The notes below the pieces were generated by a model. The model was not told the DNA's origin. It searched no databases and was given only the letters and a program-made list of their open reading frames with translations. A stretch of 64,000 nt of DNA from Acidimicrobiaceae bacterium (GTDB taxonomy: Bacteria > Actinomycetota > Acidimicrobiia > Acidimicrobiales > JAUTXP01): assembly GCA_030837965.1 (NCBI GenBank), contig JAUTXP010000013.1:11080-75079 (forward strand), read 5' to 3'. Both the position numbers and the translations under genes were made by a program. This document shows, one piece after another, positions 53,435 to 63,959 of this stretch; position 1 is the first letter of the stretch, and every line of letters begins with the position of its first letter.

Positions 53435-55033
53435 CTAACGGGCCCCGCCGATGAGGCGGCGGAGGTCGTCTTCATTGGCACAACGCTCGATGGCCATCTC
53501 CAAGGAGATGGCGCCTCGGCGCACCAGGTCGGCGAGCGACATGTCCATGGTCTGCATGCCGTAGCGGCCGCCTGCCTGCATGGCCGAGTAGATCTGATGG
53601 GTCTTGCCCTCACGGATGAGGTTGCGGACCGCGGGTGTGGCCACCAGCACCTCGGATGCAACGGCCCGGCCTCGGGCGTTCATCGTCGGGATGAGCTGCT
53701 GGGTGACGATGCCTTGCAACGAGGCCGCGAGCTGCACCCGCACCTGCTGCTGCTGATGGGCGGGGAACACGTCGATCACGCGGTCGACCGACTGGGGCGC
53801 GTCCTGCGTGTGCAGGGTGGCGAAGACGAGGTGGCCCGTCTCGGCCGCGGTCAGCGCGGTGGAGATGGTCTCGAGGTCGCGCATCTCGCCCACGAGGATC
53901 ACGTCGGGGTCCTGGCGCAGGACGTGCTTCAAGGCGTTGGAGAAGGAGTACGTGTCCTCCCCCACCTCCCGCTGGTTGATCACCGCCATCTTGTGGTGGT
54001 GCAAGAACTCGATCGGGTCCTCCACCGTCATGATGTGGCAGGGCTTGCGGGCGTTGATGATGTCGATCAGCGAGGCCAGGGTCGTGGACTTGCCGGAGCC
54101 GGTCGGGCCGGTGACGAGCACCAGGCCGCGGGGAAGGTCGGCGAACTGGTTGACCGAGGGCGGCAGGCCGAGGCGGTCCATGGGAACGATCTCGAAAGGG
54201 ATCACGCGCATGACCGAGCCGACCGAGTCGCGCTGGAGGAAGACGTTCACGCGGAAGCGGCCCACGCCCGGCACCGAGTGCGACGTGTCCAGCTCCAACT
54301 CGTTCTCGAAGCGCTCCCGCTGCTTCTGGGTGAGGATGGCGTAGATCATCCGCCTGATCTCCGAGCCGTTCATCATCGGGAACTCGGTGAGGGGCTTGAT
54401 CTCGCCGTGGATGCGCACGCTGGGGTGCAGGCCGACGGTCAGGTGGAGGTCGGAGCCTCCGAGGTCGACCACCCGCTCGAGCAGGTCGTTGACATGCAGC
54501 TCGCCGCGCATGCCCTCGGCGCCGAGCATGTTGGGCGCCTCGGACTGCGAGGACTCGTCGGCCACGGTGATCTCGAGGTCGCCGTCCTCCTCGGAGGCCG
54601 GGGGGCCGTACATCTGGTTCACGACCTTGCGCAGGTCGCCCCGAGTGGCCAGCGCGGCCTTGATGCTCCAACTGGTGGCCTGCTCGAGCTCGGACTTGGC
54701 GTCGGGGTTGCTGGGGTCGAGCATGGCGACCAGCAGGTCGCTGCCCTCGATGTCGACGGCCACGGCCTGGTGCTTGTGGGCCAGGGCCGCGGGGATCAGC
54801 CGGTCCAGGGTGGGATTGACGTTGCGCACGTCGAAGTCGACGAAGTCCATGCCGACCTGATGGGCGACCGCGGCGACCAGGTCCTTCTCCCCCACCAGCC
54901 CTTCGGCCAGGAGGAGTTTCGAAAGGGGAACGCCCTCGGTCGCCTCGCGGTCGAGGAGCTGTTCGAGCGTGTCCCGAGAGAGGACTTTCCGCTCAACGAG
55001 GAATTCGCCCAGTCGGCGCGAAGCTGCCTGCAT
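53435..55033 (-). CDS. pilT: Retraction ATPase PilT with extra N-terminal MshEN/GspE-N domain
   Basis: SDLHL, RFRVNVF, GPTGSGKSTT, EDPIE, RQDPDVILVGEMRD, PilT signature AVRNLIREGKTHQI and GMQTMD; ~175-aa N-extension starting RRLGEFLVE. Confidence 0.93.
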   Translation of the reverse strand: MQAASRRLGEFLVERKVLSRDTLEQLLDREATEGVPLSKLLLAEGLVGEKDLVAAVAHQVGMDFVDFDVRNVNPTLDRLIPAALAHKHQAVAVDIEGSDLLVAMLDPSNPDAKSELEQATSWSIKAALATRGDLRKVVNQMYGPPASEEDGDLEITVADESSQSEAPNMLGAEGMRGELHVNDLLERVVDLGGSDLHLTVGLHPSVRIHGEIKPLTEFPMMNGSEIRRMIYAILTQKQRERFENELELDTSHSVPGVGRFRVNVFLQRDSVGSVMRVIPFEIVPMDRLGLPPSVNQFADLPRGLVLVTGPTGSGKSTTLASLIDIINARKPCHIMTVEDPIEFLHHHKMAVINQREVGEDTYSFSNALKHVLRQDPDVILVGEMRDLETISTALTAAETGHLVFATLHTQDAPQSVDRVIDVFPAHQQQQVRVQLAASLQGIVTQQLIPTMNARGRAVASEVLVATPAVRNLIREGKTHQIYSAMQAGGRYGMQTMDMSLADLVRRGAISLEMAIERCANEDDLRRLIGGAR

Positions 55034-55040
55034 GGGAGAG

Positions 55041-55068
55041 GTATCGGCTCGCCAACCGGGTGCCCTGA
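55041..55068 (-). promoter_or_regulatory. Sigma-28-like promoter (leaderless) for pilT-pilC-pilin
   Basis: TCAGG-N17-CGATAC (GCCGATAC), then 7 nt to ATG 55033. Confidence 0.75.
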
Positions 55069-55165
55069 GCAGGTTTCCTCAGGCCTCTGGAGGACATGCC
55101 CTGCGGCTTCCACGGGCCCTGTCCTCCAGACGGAGCGGGCCAGGGCGCTGGGAGGCCCCCTCCAT

Positions 55166-55196
55166 CTTTTCCACAGCACCTGCTGCTGTGGAAAAG
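55166..55196. repeat. 31-bp palindromic REP-like element, copy 7
   Basis: Exact copy between pilB and pilT. Confidence 0.95.
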
Positions 55197-55221
55197 ATGG
55201 GGTGTCAGGCGGGGTAGAGGT

Positions 55222-55251
55222 CGGGGCGGGGCGGGGCGGGGCGGGGCGGGG
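55222..55251 (+). repeat. (CGGGG)6 tandem repeat
   Basis: Six perfect 5-mers abutting the pilB stop. Confidence 0.9.
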
Positions 55252-56937
55252 CTAGGCCACGACCCGGAGGATCTCCTCCAGGGAGGTCTTGCCGTTGCGG
55301 ACCTGGATGAGGCCCGCCTGGCGCAGCGTGAGCATCCCCTGGGCCATGGCCATCTTCTTGATGTCCTCGGAGTGCTCCCGGTCCACGATCAGGCGCTCGA
55401 TGTCCTCGGTCACGGTCAGCACCTCGTGGAGGGCGAACCGGCCCAAATATCCGGTCTTGCCACAGGCCGAGCAGCCCACGGCCCGGAACAGCTCGGGCTG
55501 CTCCTCGTCGGCGAACAGCTCGACGTCCCAGCCCGCGGACTGGAGCTCGCTGGCCGTGGCCCGGTACGGCTCCCTGCACTTGTCGCACAGCTTGCGGGCC
55601 AGGCGCTGGGCCACGATGCAGTCCAGGGCGCTGGCCACGAGGAAGGGCTCGACACCCATCTCGATGAGCCGGGTGGGCGTGGTGGCCGCGTCGTTGGTGT
55701 GCAGGGTGGACAGCACGAGGTGGCCGGTGAGGGCGGCCTCGATGGCGATGGTGGCCGTCTCCTTGTCCCGGATCTCGCCCACCAGCACGATGTCGGGGTC
55801 GGACCGCAGGATCGAGCGCAGCGCGGCCGCGAAGGTCATGCCCGCCTTGTTGTTGACCTGGACCTGGTTGATGCCGTTCAGCCGGTACTCGACAGGGTCC
55901 TCGACGGTGATGATGTTCTTCGAGTCCTCGTTGAGCACGTTCAGCGTGGCGTACAGGGTGGTCGACTTGCCCGAGCCCGTGGGCCCCGTGACCAGGATCG
56001 TCCCGTACGGCTTCTTGTAGGACTGCTCGAACCGCTCGCGCGCCGACTCCAGGAACCCCAGGTCGGTGAGCTTCAGCAGCGCGGTCGACTTGTCCAGGAT
56101 TCGCATGACGACCTTCTCGCCGTACACCGTGGGCAGGGTGGCGACACGCAGGTCGACCGCCTTGCCCCCGATGACCACGTTGATGCGGCCGTCCTGGGGG
56201 ATGCGCCGTTCGGCGATGTTGATCTCGGCCATGATCTTGAGGCGCGAGATGATCCCGGACTGGATGTTCTTCGGCGGGCGCATCTTCTCGTGCAGCACGC
56301 CGTCGATGCGGTACCGGACCCGCACGTCCTTCTCGCTGGGCTCGATGTGGATGTCCGACGCCCGCTCGGCCACCGCCTGGGTGATCAACAGGTTGACCAG
56401 CTTGACGATGGGCGCGTCCTCGACGACCTCCTTGATGTTGGAGAGGTCGTCGTCCACCTCGTACTCGCTCGACGCCTGGGCCGTGATGTTCTCGGCCTCG
56501 CCGTCCATGCGGGTGTGGCGGTCGATGGCGGCCAGGATCGAGTCGGGCGTGGCCATGATGACCCGCACGTCGCTCTTGGTGATGGTCCGGATGTCGTCGA
56601 TGGCGAAGACGTTGCCGGGGTCGGCCATGGCCAGGATGAGCTTGCCGTGCTCCCAGCCCACAGGCAGCGCCTGGTAGCGCCGGGCCAGTGACTCGCTGAT
56701 GAGGCCCACGGCGCTGGAGTCGATGCTGTAGTCGGCCAGGTCGACGTACTCGAGCCCCAACTGGGGGGCGAGGATGCGGTACAGGTCACCTTCGGTGACC
56801 AGGCCCCGCTCGATCAGGATGCGGCCGAGGAACTTGCCCGTCTTCGACTGTTCGTCGAGCGCGTCGTCCAGCGCCTCTCTGGAGAGGAGTCCTGCCGCCA
56901 CGAATTGGGCGCCGAGGAGGCGGTTTTCATCCGACAT
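55252..56937 (-). CDS. pilB: Extension ATPase PilB (GspE family)
   Basis: MshEN-like N-terminus, ASDIHIEP, RYRIDG, ERRIPQDG, GPTGSGKSTTLY, LRSDPD, tetracysteine Zn motif. Confidence 0.96.
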   Translation of the reverse strand: MSDENRLLGAQFVAAGLLSREALDDALDEQSKTGKFLGRILIERGLVTEGDLYRILAPQLGLEYVDLADYSIDSSAVGLISESLARRYQALPVGWEHGKLILAMADPGNVFAIDDIRTITKSDVRVIMATPDSILAAIDRHTRMDGEAENITAQASSEYEVDDDLSNIKEVVEDAPIVKLVNLLITQAVAERASDIHIEPSEKDVRVRYRIDGVLHEKMRPPKNIQSGIISRLKIMAEINIAERRIPQDGRINVVIGGKAVDLRVATLPTVYGEKVVMRILDKSTALLKLTDLGFLESARERFEQSYKKPYGTILVTGPTGSGKSTTLYATLNVLNEDSKNIITVEDPVEYRLNGINQVQVNNKAGMTFAAALRSILRSDPDIVLVGEIRDKETATIAIEAALTGHLVLSTLHTNDAATTPTRLIEMGVEPFLVASALDCIVAQRLARKLCDKCREPYRATASELQSAGWDVELFADEEQPELFRAVGCSACGKTGYLGRFALHEVLTVTEDIERLIVDREHSEDIKKMAMAQGMLTLRQAGLIQVRNGKTSLEEILRVVA

Positions 56938-56948
56938 GACTTAGGAAT

Positions 56949-56976
56949 GGATCGGCACGTCGGGGCGGCGGCTAAG
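56949..56976 (-). promoter_or_regulatory. Sigma-28-like promoter for pilB
   Basis: CTTAG-N17-CGATCC (GCCGATCC); weaker -35. Confidence 0.5.
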
Positions 56977-57033
56977 GGCCATTTTCCGCGAACTCTTCGC
57001 GCCACCCCGTCGGGCTGCGTTGACCCGCGCAGA

Positions 57034-58218
<1,185 letters not shown>

Positions 58219-58250
58219 GGCTGACCTCCGGGCAACGACGACCTTCGCAA

Positions 58251-58278
58251 CCATCGGCAGGATCGGCCCTCGACTTCA
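58251..58278 (-). promoter_or_regulatory. Sigma-28-like promoter at head of pilus locus
   Basis: TGAAG-N17-CGATGG (GCCGATGG). Confidence 0.6.
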
Positions 58279-58311
58279 GCCTCCAGCTTGCCCCCTTCCC
58301 ACCCCCTCGCG

Positions 58312-58342
58312 CTTTTCCACAGCACCTGCTGCTGTGGAAAAG
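58312..58342. repeat. 31-bp palindromic REP-like element, copy 8
   Basis: Exact copy right after aroE stop. Confidence 0.95.
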
Positions 58343-58350
58343 TTGAGATC

Positions 58351-59187
58351 TCAGGGGCGGGAGGCGGCGATGGCGGCCAGGGCGGCGGCCGACATGACCT
58401 CCAGGGGCGGGTCCTCGCCCGTCCACAGCCTGAACTGGTGGGCGGCCTGGTGGATCAGCATGCCCAGGCCGTTGACCGCCACCGCGCCCTGGGCGCGCGC
58501 CGCCTCCAGCAGCGGTGTGACCGGCGGGTGGTAGATCAAGTCCACGATCAAGGTGCCGGGCCGCAACGACTCCACCGGAACGGGCATCCCGGGCGAATCG
58601 GGCATGCCCACGGGCGTGGCGTTGACGAGCACGTCGTACTCGACGTCGGCCGGGTCGTCGACTGCCCGGCCCACGCCCTCCCCCGCCAGCGCGGCCGCGG
58701 CCTCGGCCCTGGCCCGCGTCCGCCCGAACACGGCCACATCGGCCGCGCCGCCCTGGCCCAAGGCCCTGACCACGGCCCTGGCCGCCCCGCCCGCGCCCAG
58801 CACCAGGCAGCGGGCGCCCGCCGGGTCGAACCCCTCGTCCCGGCGCAGCGCGTCGAGCAGGCCCGCCCCGTCCGTGTTCTCTCCGACCAACTCGCCCGCG
58901 CGCAGCAGCACGCTGTTCACCGCGCCCAGATCACGCGCCGCAGGAGACAGCCGGTCGACAGCTCGGGCCGCGGCCTCCTTGTGGGGCATGGTCACCGACA
59001 TGCCCTCGATGCCGAGCGTGCGCATGGAGGTGACGGCAGCCTCGCCGTCCCCCTCGGCCACGTCGAAGGCGAGGAAGGCCCAGTCCAGGCCGAGGGCATC
59101 GAAGGCCGCGTTGTAGAGGGCGGGCGACAGCGAGTGCCGGATGGGCCTGCCGATCACGGCGGCCACGCGGGTGGCCGCGCTCAGCAC
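58351..59187 (-). CDS. aroE: Shikimate dehydrogenase
   Basis: HSLSP, SVTMPHK, AVNS, ENTD, GAGGAA, NATPVG, GLGMLIHQA. Confidence 0.95.
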   Translation of the reverse strand: MLSAATRVAAVIGRPIRHSLSPALYNAAFDALGLDWAFLAFDVAEGDGEAAVTSMRTLGIEGMSVTMPHKEAAARAVDRLSPAARDLGAVNSVLLRAGELVGENTDGAGLLDALRRDEGFDPAGARCLVLGAGGAARAVVRALGQGGAADVAVFGRTRARAEAAAALAGEGVGRAVDDPADVEYDVLVNATPVGMPDSPGMPVPVESLRPGTLIVDLIYHPPVTPLLEAARAQGAVAVNGLGMLIHQAAHQFRLWTGEDPPLEVMSAAALAAIAASRP

Positions 59188-60254
59188 AGCTTCTGCTGCC
59201 TGCACACGGCGACGGCCCGTTGGAACTCGGCGTCGGTGCTGGCGAAGGTGTGGTGCCCGGACTGGTCGGCCAGCACGTAGAACAGCCACGGCCCCGGCGT
59301 CGGGTTGAGCGCGGCCTGCAAGGTGGCCTCGCCCGGCGCGGCGATGGGCGTGGGCGGCAGGCCCGCGTGCAGGCGGGTGTTGAACGGCGTGTCCTTGGCC
59401 AGGTCGCTCTTGCGCAGCGGCTGGGTGGGCCGGTCCACGCCATAGCGAATAGTGGCGTCGATGCCCAGCTTGATGCCCTTCTGCAACCGGTTGTAGACGA
59501 CCCGCGCCACCATGCCCCGTTCGCCGGCCACCCGCGCCTCGCGCTCGATCATGGACGCCACGATCACCACTTGGTATGGCGTGAGCCCGACTCGGGCCTG
59601 CGACTGGTCCAGCCCCACCTGCGCGCCCACGTCGGCGAACACGTTGAGCATGCGCTGGAGGATGGCGGCCTCGTCCTCGGTGGGCTTGAGCTCATAGGTC
59701 GATGGGAACAGCAGTCCCTCCAAGTTGGTGCTGCCCGCGGGCAGGTAGGGCGACGTGAACTGCCCGCTGCGGGCCAGGTCCAAGAACTTGGCCGCCGACC
59801 GCCCTGGCAGCCGCCCCACCCGGTCGGCGATCTGCACCAGCGTGAGGCCCTCGGGGATGGTCAGCCGCTGCGACTCGGCCTTGGCCCCCTTGCCCAGCAC
59901 CGCCAACACGTCGTCGAAGTCGGCGTGCTTGTGCAGCTGGTACGACCCCGCCTGAAAGCCGCCTTCACCCTTGTACTTGGCGTAGAGCTTGAACAGGCGC
60001 GCGTTGGAGATCACGCCCTCGGCGTCGAGGATGGCGGCGATGCGCGCCGTCGACGCGCCCCGCGGGACGACGACTTGCACCTCGGCCCCCGGCGAGCCGG
60101 GACTGATCTGGCCCTTGGCCCATACCCCCACCGCGCCGGCCACCAAGAGGACGGCCACGGCCAGGGCGAGCGCGGCCTTGACGGCCGTGCGCCCGCGCCG
60201 GCGCGGCTCGGGGAAGGGCTCGAACACGATGGGCTCGTCGCGCACGTCCGTCAT
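59181..60254 (-). CDS. mltG: Endolytic transglycosylase MltG
   Basis: TM, TIPEG, LEGLLFPSTY, ASMIERE, YNRL, FNT..GLPPTPI, LFYV. Confidence 0.94.
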   Translation of the reverse strand: MTDVRDEPIVFEPFPEPRRRGRTAVKAALALAVAVLLVAGAVGVWAKGQISPGSPGAEVQVVVPRGASTARIAAILDAEGVISNARLFKLYAKYKGEGGFQAGSYQLHKHADFDDVLAVLGKGAKAESQRLTIPEGLTLVQIADRVGRLPGRSAAKFLDLARSGQFTSPYLPAGSTNLEGLLFPSTYELKPTEDEAAILQRMLNVFADVGAQVGLDQSQARVGLTPYQVVIVASMIEREARVAGERGMVARVVYNRLQKGIKLGIDATIRYGVDRPTQPLRKSDLAKDTPFNTRLHAGLPPTPIAAPGEATLQAALNPTPGPWLFYVLADQSGHHTFASTDAEFQRAVAVCRQQKLC

Positions 60255-60655
60255 GACGCCGAGTCGAGCCAGGACTGGAGCATCACCGCGGCGGCCACCT
60301 TGTCGACCACCCGTCTGCGGGCATCGGCCTTCATCTTGAGGTCCATCATCGAGCGGTTGGCGCTGACCGTGGTGAGGCGCTCGTCGAACAGCTCGACGGG
60401 GACGTCGAGCACGTCGGCCAAGGCGGCCGCCTCCTGTCGTGCGGCCCGGGCCGCGGGCCCGTCCGCGCCGGACAGCGAGAGGGGCAGGCCGACGACGACG
60501 CGCTCGGCCTCCACCTCGGCCACGATGCGCTTGATGGCGTCGTACGAGCGGTCGTTGCGCTCCACCACCTCGTAGGGCGAGGCCAGCAGACCGGTGGGGT
60601 CGCTGACGGCCACGCCGATGCGCTTGCTCCCGAGGTCAAGGCCCACGACCCTCAC
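60251..60655 (-). CDS. ruvX: Holliday junction resolvase-like / pre-16S rRNA nuclease RuvX (YqgF)
   Basis: GLDLGSKRIGVAVSD, VVGLP, DERLTT, DKVAA..LQ. Confidence 0.94.
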   Translation of the reverse strand: MRVVGLDLGSKRIGVAVSDPTGLLASPYEVVERNDRSYDAIKRIVAEVEAERVVVGLPLSLSGADGPAARAARQEAAALADVLDVPVELFDERLTTVSANRSMMDLKMKADARRRVVDKVAAAVMLQSWLDSAS

Positions 60656-63219
60656 GAAGAAAGTCGGGCTCGCATGGCCTCCAGGGCCTCGTCGATCTTG
60701 GAGGGGTCCTTGCCGCCGGCCACGGCCACGTCGCCCTTGCCGCCCCCGCCGCCGCCCACGACCCGGCCCGCCTCGCCCGCCAGCTTCCCCGCCTCCAGGC
60801 CGCTGTCCTTAGCCACCGCGGCCACGACCACGACCCGCTCGCCGTCGGGCGTGCCGATCAACACGACTGCGTTGGGCTTGTGCTCGTCCCTGGCGAACAC
60901 GGCCATGTCCTTGAGCTGGTCCTGGTCGAACCCGTCCTGGCGGGCCACGATGACGGGCCCGGGGCGCAAGGCCCGGGCCGCGTCCTTGACCTGGTGCGAG
61001 CGCAGCGCCTTCACCTCCTGCTCGAGCTCGCGTTGGCGGGCCAACGCCCGCTCCAACGCCTCGGGCAGCTCCTCGGGCTGGGTTCGCAACAGGTCGGCGG
61101 CCCGTTCCAGGATGCGCTCGTCCTGCTTGACCCGCTCCAGCGTCCCCGTGCCGGTGAGGGCGAAGATGCGCCGCATGTTGGCGCCGATCGACCCCTCGCT
61201 GGTCACCTTGACCGGGCCGATCATCCCCAGCGCGCCCACGTGGGTCCCGCCGCACAGCTCCATCGACCGGTCGCCCGCCTCGACCACCCGCACGAAGTCG
61301 CCGTACTTGTCGCCGAAGAAGGCGATGGCGCCCAACTGCTCGGCGTGCTCCTTACTGGTGGTGTAGGCCCGCACCGGCTCGTTGTCGAGGATGCGGCCGT
61401 TGACGAGCGACTCGATCTGCTCCATGTCCTCCGGTGACACAGGCGAGTGATGGCTGAAGTCGAAGCGCAGATACTCGGGCGACACCAACGAACCCTGCTG
61501 CTTGACGTGGCCGCCCAGCACCTCGCGCAGGGCCCAGTGCAGCAGGTGGGTGCCGGTGTGGTTGCGGCGGATGGCGTTGCGGCGCTCGGCGTCGATGGCC
61601 GCCGTCACCTCCTGGCCCTCGTGCAACTCGCCATCCACCATCTGAACCACGTGGCGGTGCAGCCCGGGCAGGGCGTACGTGGTGTCGTGCACGCGCCCGA
61701 CCCCGGTCTCGGACGTGATCGTCCCTGTGTCGCCGACCTGGCCGCCGCCCTCGGCGTAGAACGGCGTGCGGTCGAGGAAGACCTCGACGGCCTCGTCGTC
61801 CCTCGGGACCACCTTCAGGATGCGGGCCTTGGTCTCGTACTCCGTGTAGCCGGTGAACTCGGTGGTGCCGAACTGCTCGAGGACCTGGCGGTAGTCCTCG
61901 GCGTCGGTGTGGGCCTGGCCCTTGGCCGACTCCTTGGCCCGCCGTCGCTGCTCCTCCATGGCCGCAGCGAAGCCCTCCTCGTCCACCGCCGCGCCGCGCT
62001 CGGCGGCCAGCTCGCGGGTGAGCTCGATGGGAAAGCCGAAGGTGTCGTGCAGTTGGAAGGCGACCGGCCCGCCGATACGGGTAGGGCTGCGCTCCAACTC
62101 CTCGTCCAGCCGGGCCATGCCCGACTTCAGCGTGCGGCGGAAGCTGTCCTCCTCCCGCTCGACCACGCCCTTCACGAAGTCGGCGTTGCGGGCCAGGTCC
62201 GGGTAGGCCTCGCCCATGACCTCGACGGTGCCGTCGACCAGCGCGGGCGTGACGTTCTTGTCGACGCCGAGCATGTAGGCCTGGCGCACGGCCCGGCGGA
62301 TGATGCGACGCAGGACGTAGCCCCGCTCCTCGTTGGAAGGGAAGACGCCGTCGGAGATGAGGAAGCTGATGCTGCGGGCGTGGTCGGCCAGGATGCGCAG
62401 GGCGATGTCGACGGGCTCGGACTCGCCGTAGCGCTTGTTGGTGGCCCGCTCGGCCGCGGCCACGATGGGCCGAAGCATGTCGGTCTCGAACACCGAGTCC
62501 AGCCCGTTGAGCAGGAGGAGGTTGCGCTCGAACCCCGCGCCGGTGTCGATGATCTTGCGGGGCAGGGGCGGCATCGAGCCGTCGGGCTGGCGGTCGAACT
62601 GCATGAAGACCAGGTTCCAGAACTCGAGGTAGCGGTCCTCGCCGCCGTGGGCCGGTCCGCCCTCCGCGCCTCGCTCTGGCCCGACGTCGTAGAACAGCTC
62701 GGAGCAGGGGCCGCACGGGCCGGTGTCGCCCATCTGCCAGAAGTTGTCGTCGCCCATGCGCTGGATGCGCTCGGCGGGCAGGCCCACCACGTCCCGCCAG
62801 ATCTCGAATGCGTCGTCGTCGTCGAGGAAGACGGTGGCCCAGATGCGGTCGCCGTCGTAGCCCAAGACTTCGGTCGACAGCTCCCAGGCCAGCGGGATGG
62901 CGCCTTCTTTGAAGTAGTCGCCGAAGCTGAAGTTGCCCAGCATCTCGAAGAAGGTGAAGTGGTACGGGCTGCGGCCGATGTTCTCGATGTCGTCGTGCTT
63001 GCCCTTGATGCGCACGCACTTCTGCACGCTGGTGGCCCGGGCGTGGGCGGCCTGCTCCTCACCCAGGATGTAGGGCAGGAACTGGTTCATCCCGGCATTG
63101 GTGAACATGGGGGCGCGGGGGTGGTGCGGGATGAGGCCGGCTGAAGGCACCGGGCTGTGGTCGCGGTCGACGAAGAACTTCGTCCACAAGCGCCGCAGTT
63201 GGTCGCCGGTCATGGGCAT
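60652..63219 (-). CDS. alaS: Alanine--tRNA ligase
   Basis: FTNAGMNQF, HFTFFEMLGNFSFGDYFK, WNLVFMQ, TPFYAEGGGQVGD, HTGTHLLH, ELCGGTH, GGGGG. Confidence 0.98.
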   Translation of the reverse strand: MPMTGDQLRRLWTKFFVDRDHSPVPSAGLIPHHPRAPMFTNAGMNQFLPYILGEEQAAHARATSVQKCVRIKGKHDDIENIGRSPYHFTFFEMLGNFSFGDYFKEGAIPLAWELSTEVLGYDGDRIWATVFLDDDDAFEIWRDVVGLPAERIQRMGDDNFWQMGDTGPCGPCSELFYDVGPERGAEGGPAHGGEDRYLEFWNLVFMQFDRQPDGSMPPLPRKIIDTGAGFERNLLLLNGLDSVFETDMLRPIVAAAERATNKRYGESEPVDIALRILADHARSISFLISDGVFPSNEERGYVLRRIIRRAVRQAYMLGVDKNVTPALVDGTVEVMGEAYPDLARNADFVKGVVEREEDSFRRTLKSGMARLDEELERSPTRIGGPVAFQLHDTFGFPIELTRELAAERGAAVDEEGFAAAMEEQRRRAKESAKGQAHTDAEDYRQVLEQFGTTEFTGYTEYETKARILKVVPRDDEAVEVFLDRTPFYAEGGGQVGDTGTITSETGVGRVHDTTYALPGLHRHVVQMVDGELHEGQEVTAAIDAERRNAIRRNHTGTHLLHWALREVLGGHVKQQGSLVSPEYLRFDFSHHSPVSPEDMEQIESLVNGRILDNEPVRAYTTSKEHAEQLGAIAFFGDKYGDFVRVVEAGDRSMELCGGTHVGALGMIGPVKVTSEGSIGANMRRIFALTGTGTLERVKQDERILERAADLLRTQPEELPEALERALARQRELEQEVKALRSHQVKDAARALRPGPVIVARQDGFDQDQLKDMAVFARDEHKPNAVVLIGTPDGERVVVVAAVAKDSGLEAGKLAGEAGRVVGGGGGGKGDVAVAGGKDPSKIDEALEAMRARLSS

Positions 63220-63231
63220 GGGCCGACGAGC

Positions 63232-63471
63232 CTACCGGCGAGGAGCCAGTTCCTCCCGCAGTTGCGACTCCCGCTCGCGCATGGCCTCACGGCCCTCGGC
63301 CGCCGCGGCCCGTATGTCGCCGCCCAGGCTGCGCAGGGCGCCGGCCAAGTCGCTGGACACCCGCTCCGGGGAGTAGCGGTTGACCGTCTCGCGCACGAAG
63401 CGCATGAGCCAGAACGACACGCCGAAGCCGAAGCCCGCGCCCACGATCAGCCAGAAGAGGCGCTTGAACAC
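63232..63471 (-). CDS. Small membrane protein (conserved upstream of alaS in actinobacteria)
   Basis: FKRLFWLIVGAGFG TM then EGREAMRERESQLR. Confidence 0.75.
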   Translation of the reverse strand: MFKRLFWLIVGAGFGFGVSFWLMRFVRETVNRYSPERVSSDLAGALRSLGGDIRAAAAEGREAMRERESQLREELAPRR

Positions 63472-63482
63472 GGCCCGTCGCC

Positions 63483-63866
63483 CTACTTGGTCCGGGTGTT
63501 GCGGGGGCTGCCGGGGGTGCGGCGGAAGCGGCGCAGGGCCGCGCCCGTGCCGGACGTGAAGGCCAGCAGTTTGATGACCGGGTTGGACAGGGCCAGATAC
63601 GCGAGTCGGCTGGCGCTGTCCACGGTCTGGCTCACCGACTCGGCCGACGTGATCAGGCCGTCGACCCGGGTCAGTTCGGCGTTGGCCTGGTCCACGGTCT
63701 GGCGCCACTGGCCCGCCAGCGGGACGACGTGGGCGCGCAGTTCCTCGATCGACTCGGTCAGCCTGCGCAGGGTGCGCAACAGGCCGAGGAAGGCGACGAA
63801 GAAGCCGATGACCACCAGCGTCCCCACCACCGAGCCGATGACGGCCGCGATCTCGCCGGCGCTCAC
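63483..63866 (-). CDS. DUF948-like membrane protein
   Basis: MSAGEIAAVI TM, coiled coil, NPVIKLLAF; GGAGG SD upstream. Confidence 0.75.
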   Translation of the reverse strand: MSAGEIAAVIGSVVGTLVVIGFFVAFLGLLRTLRRLTESIEELRAHVVPLAGQWRQTVDQANAELTRVDGLITSAESVSQTVDSASRLAYLALSNPVIKLLAFTSGTGAALRRFRRTPGSPRNTRTK

Positions 63867-63959
63867 CGGCTGCCCTCCTGCGACATTGCCCGGGGAGCAT
63901 AGTGAGCACGGCCCCCGCCCCCGTCGATGCCCGCGCCCGGCCGTGGTGTGATCGGTATT

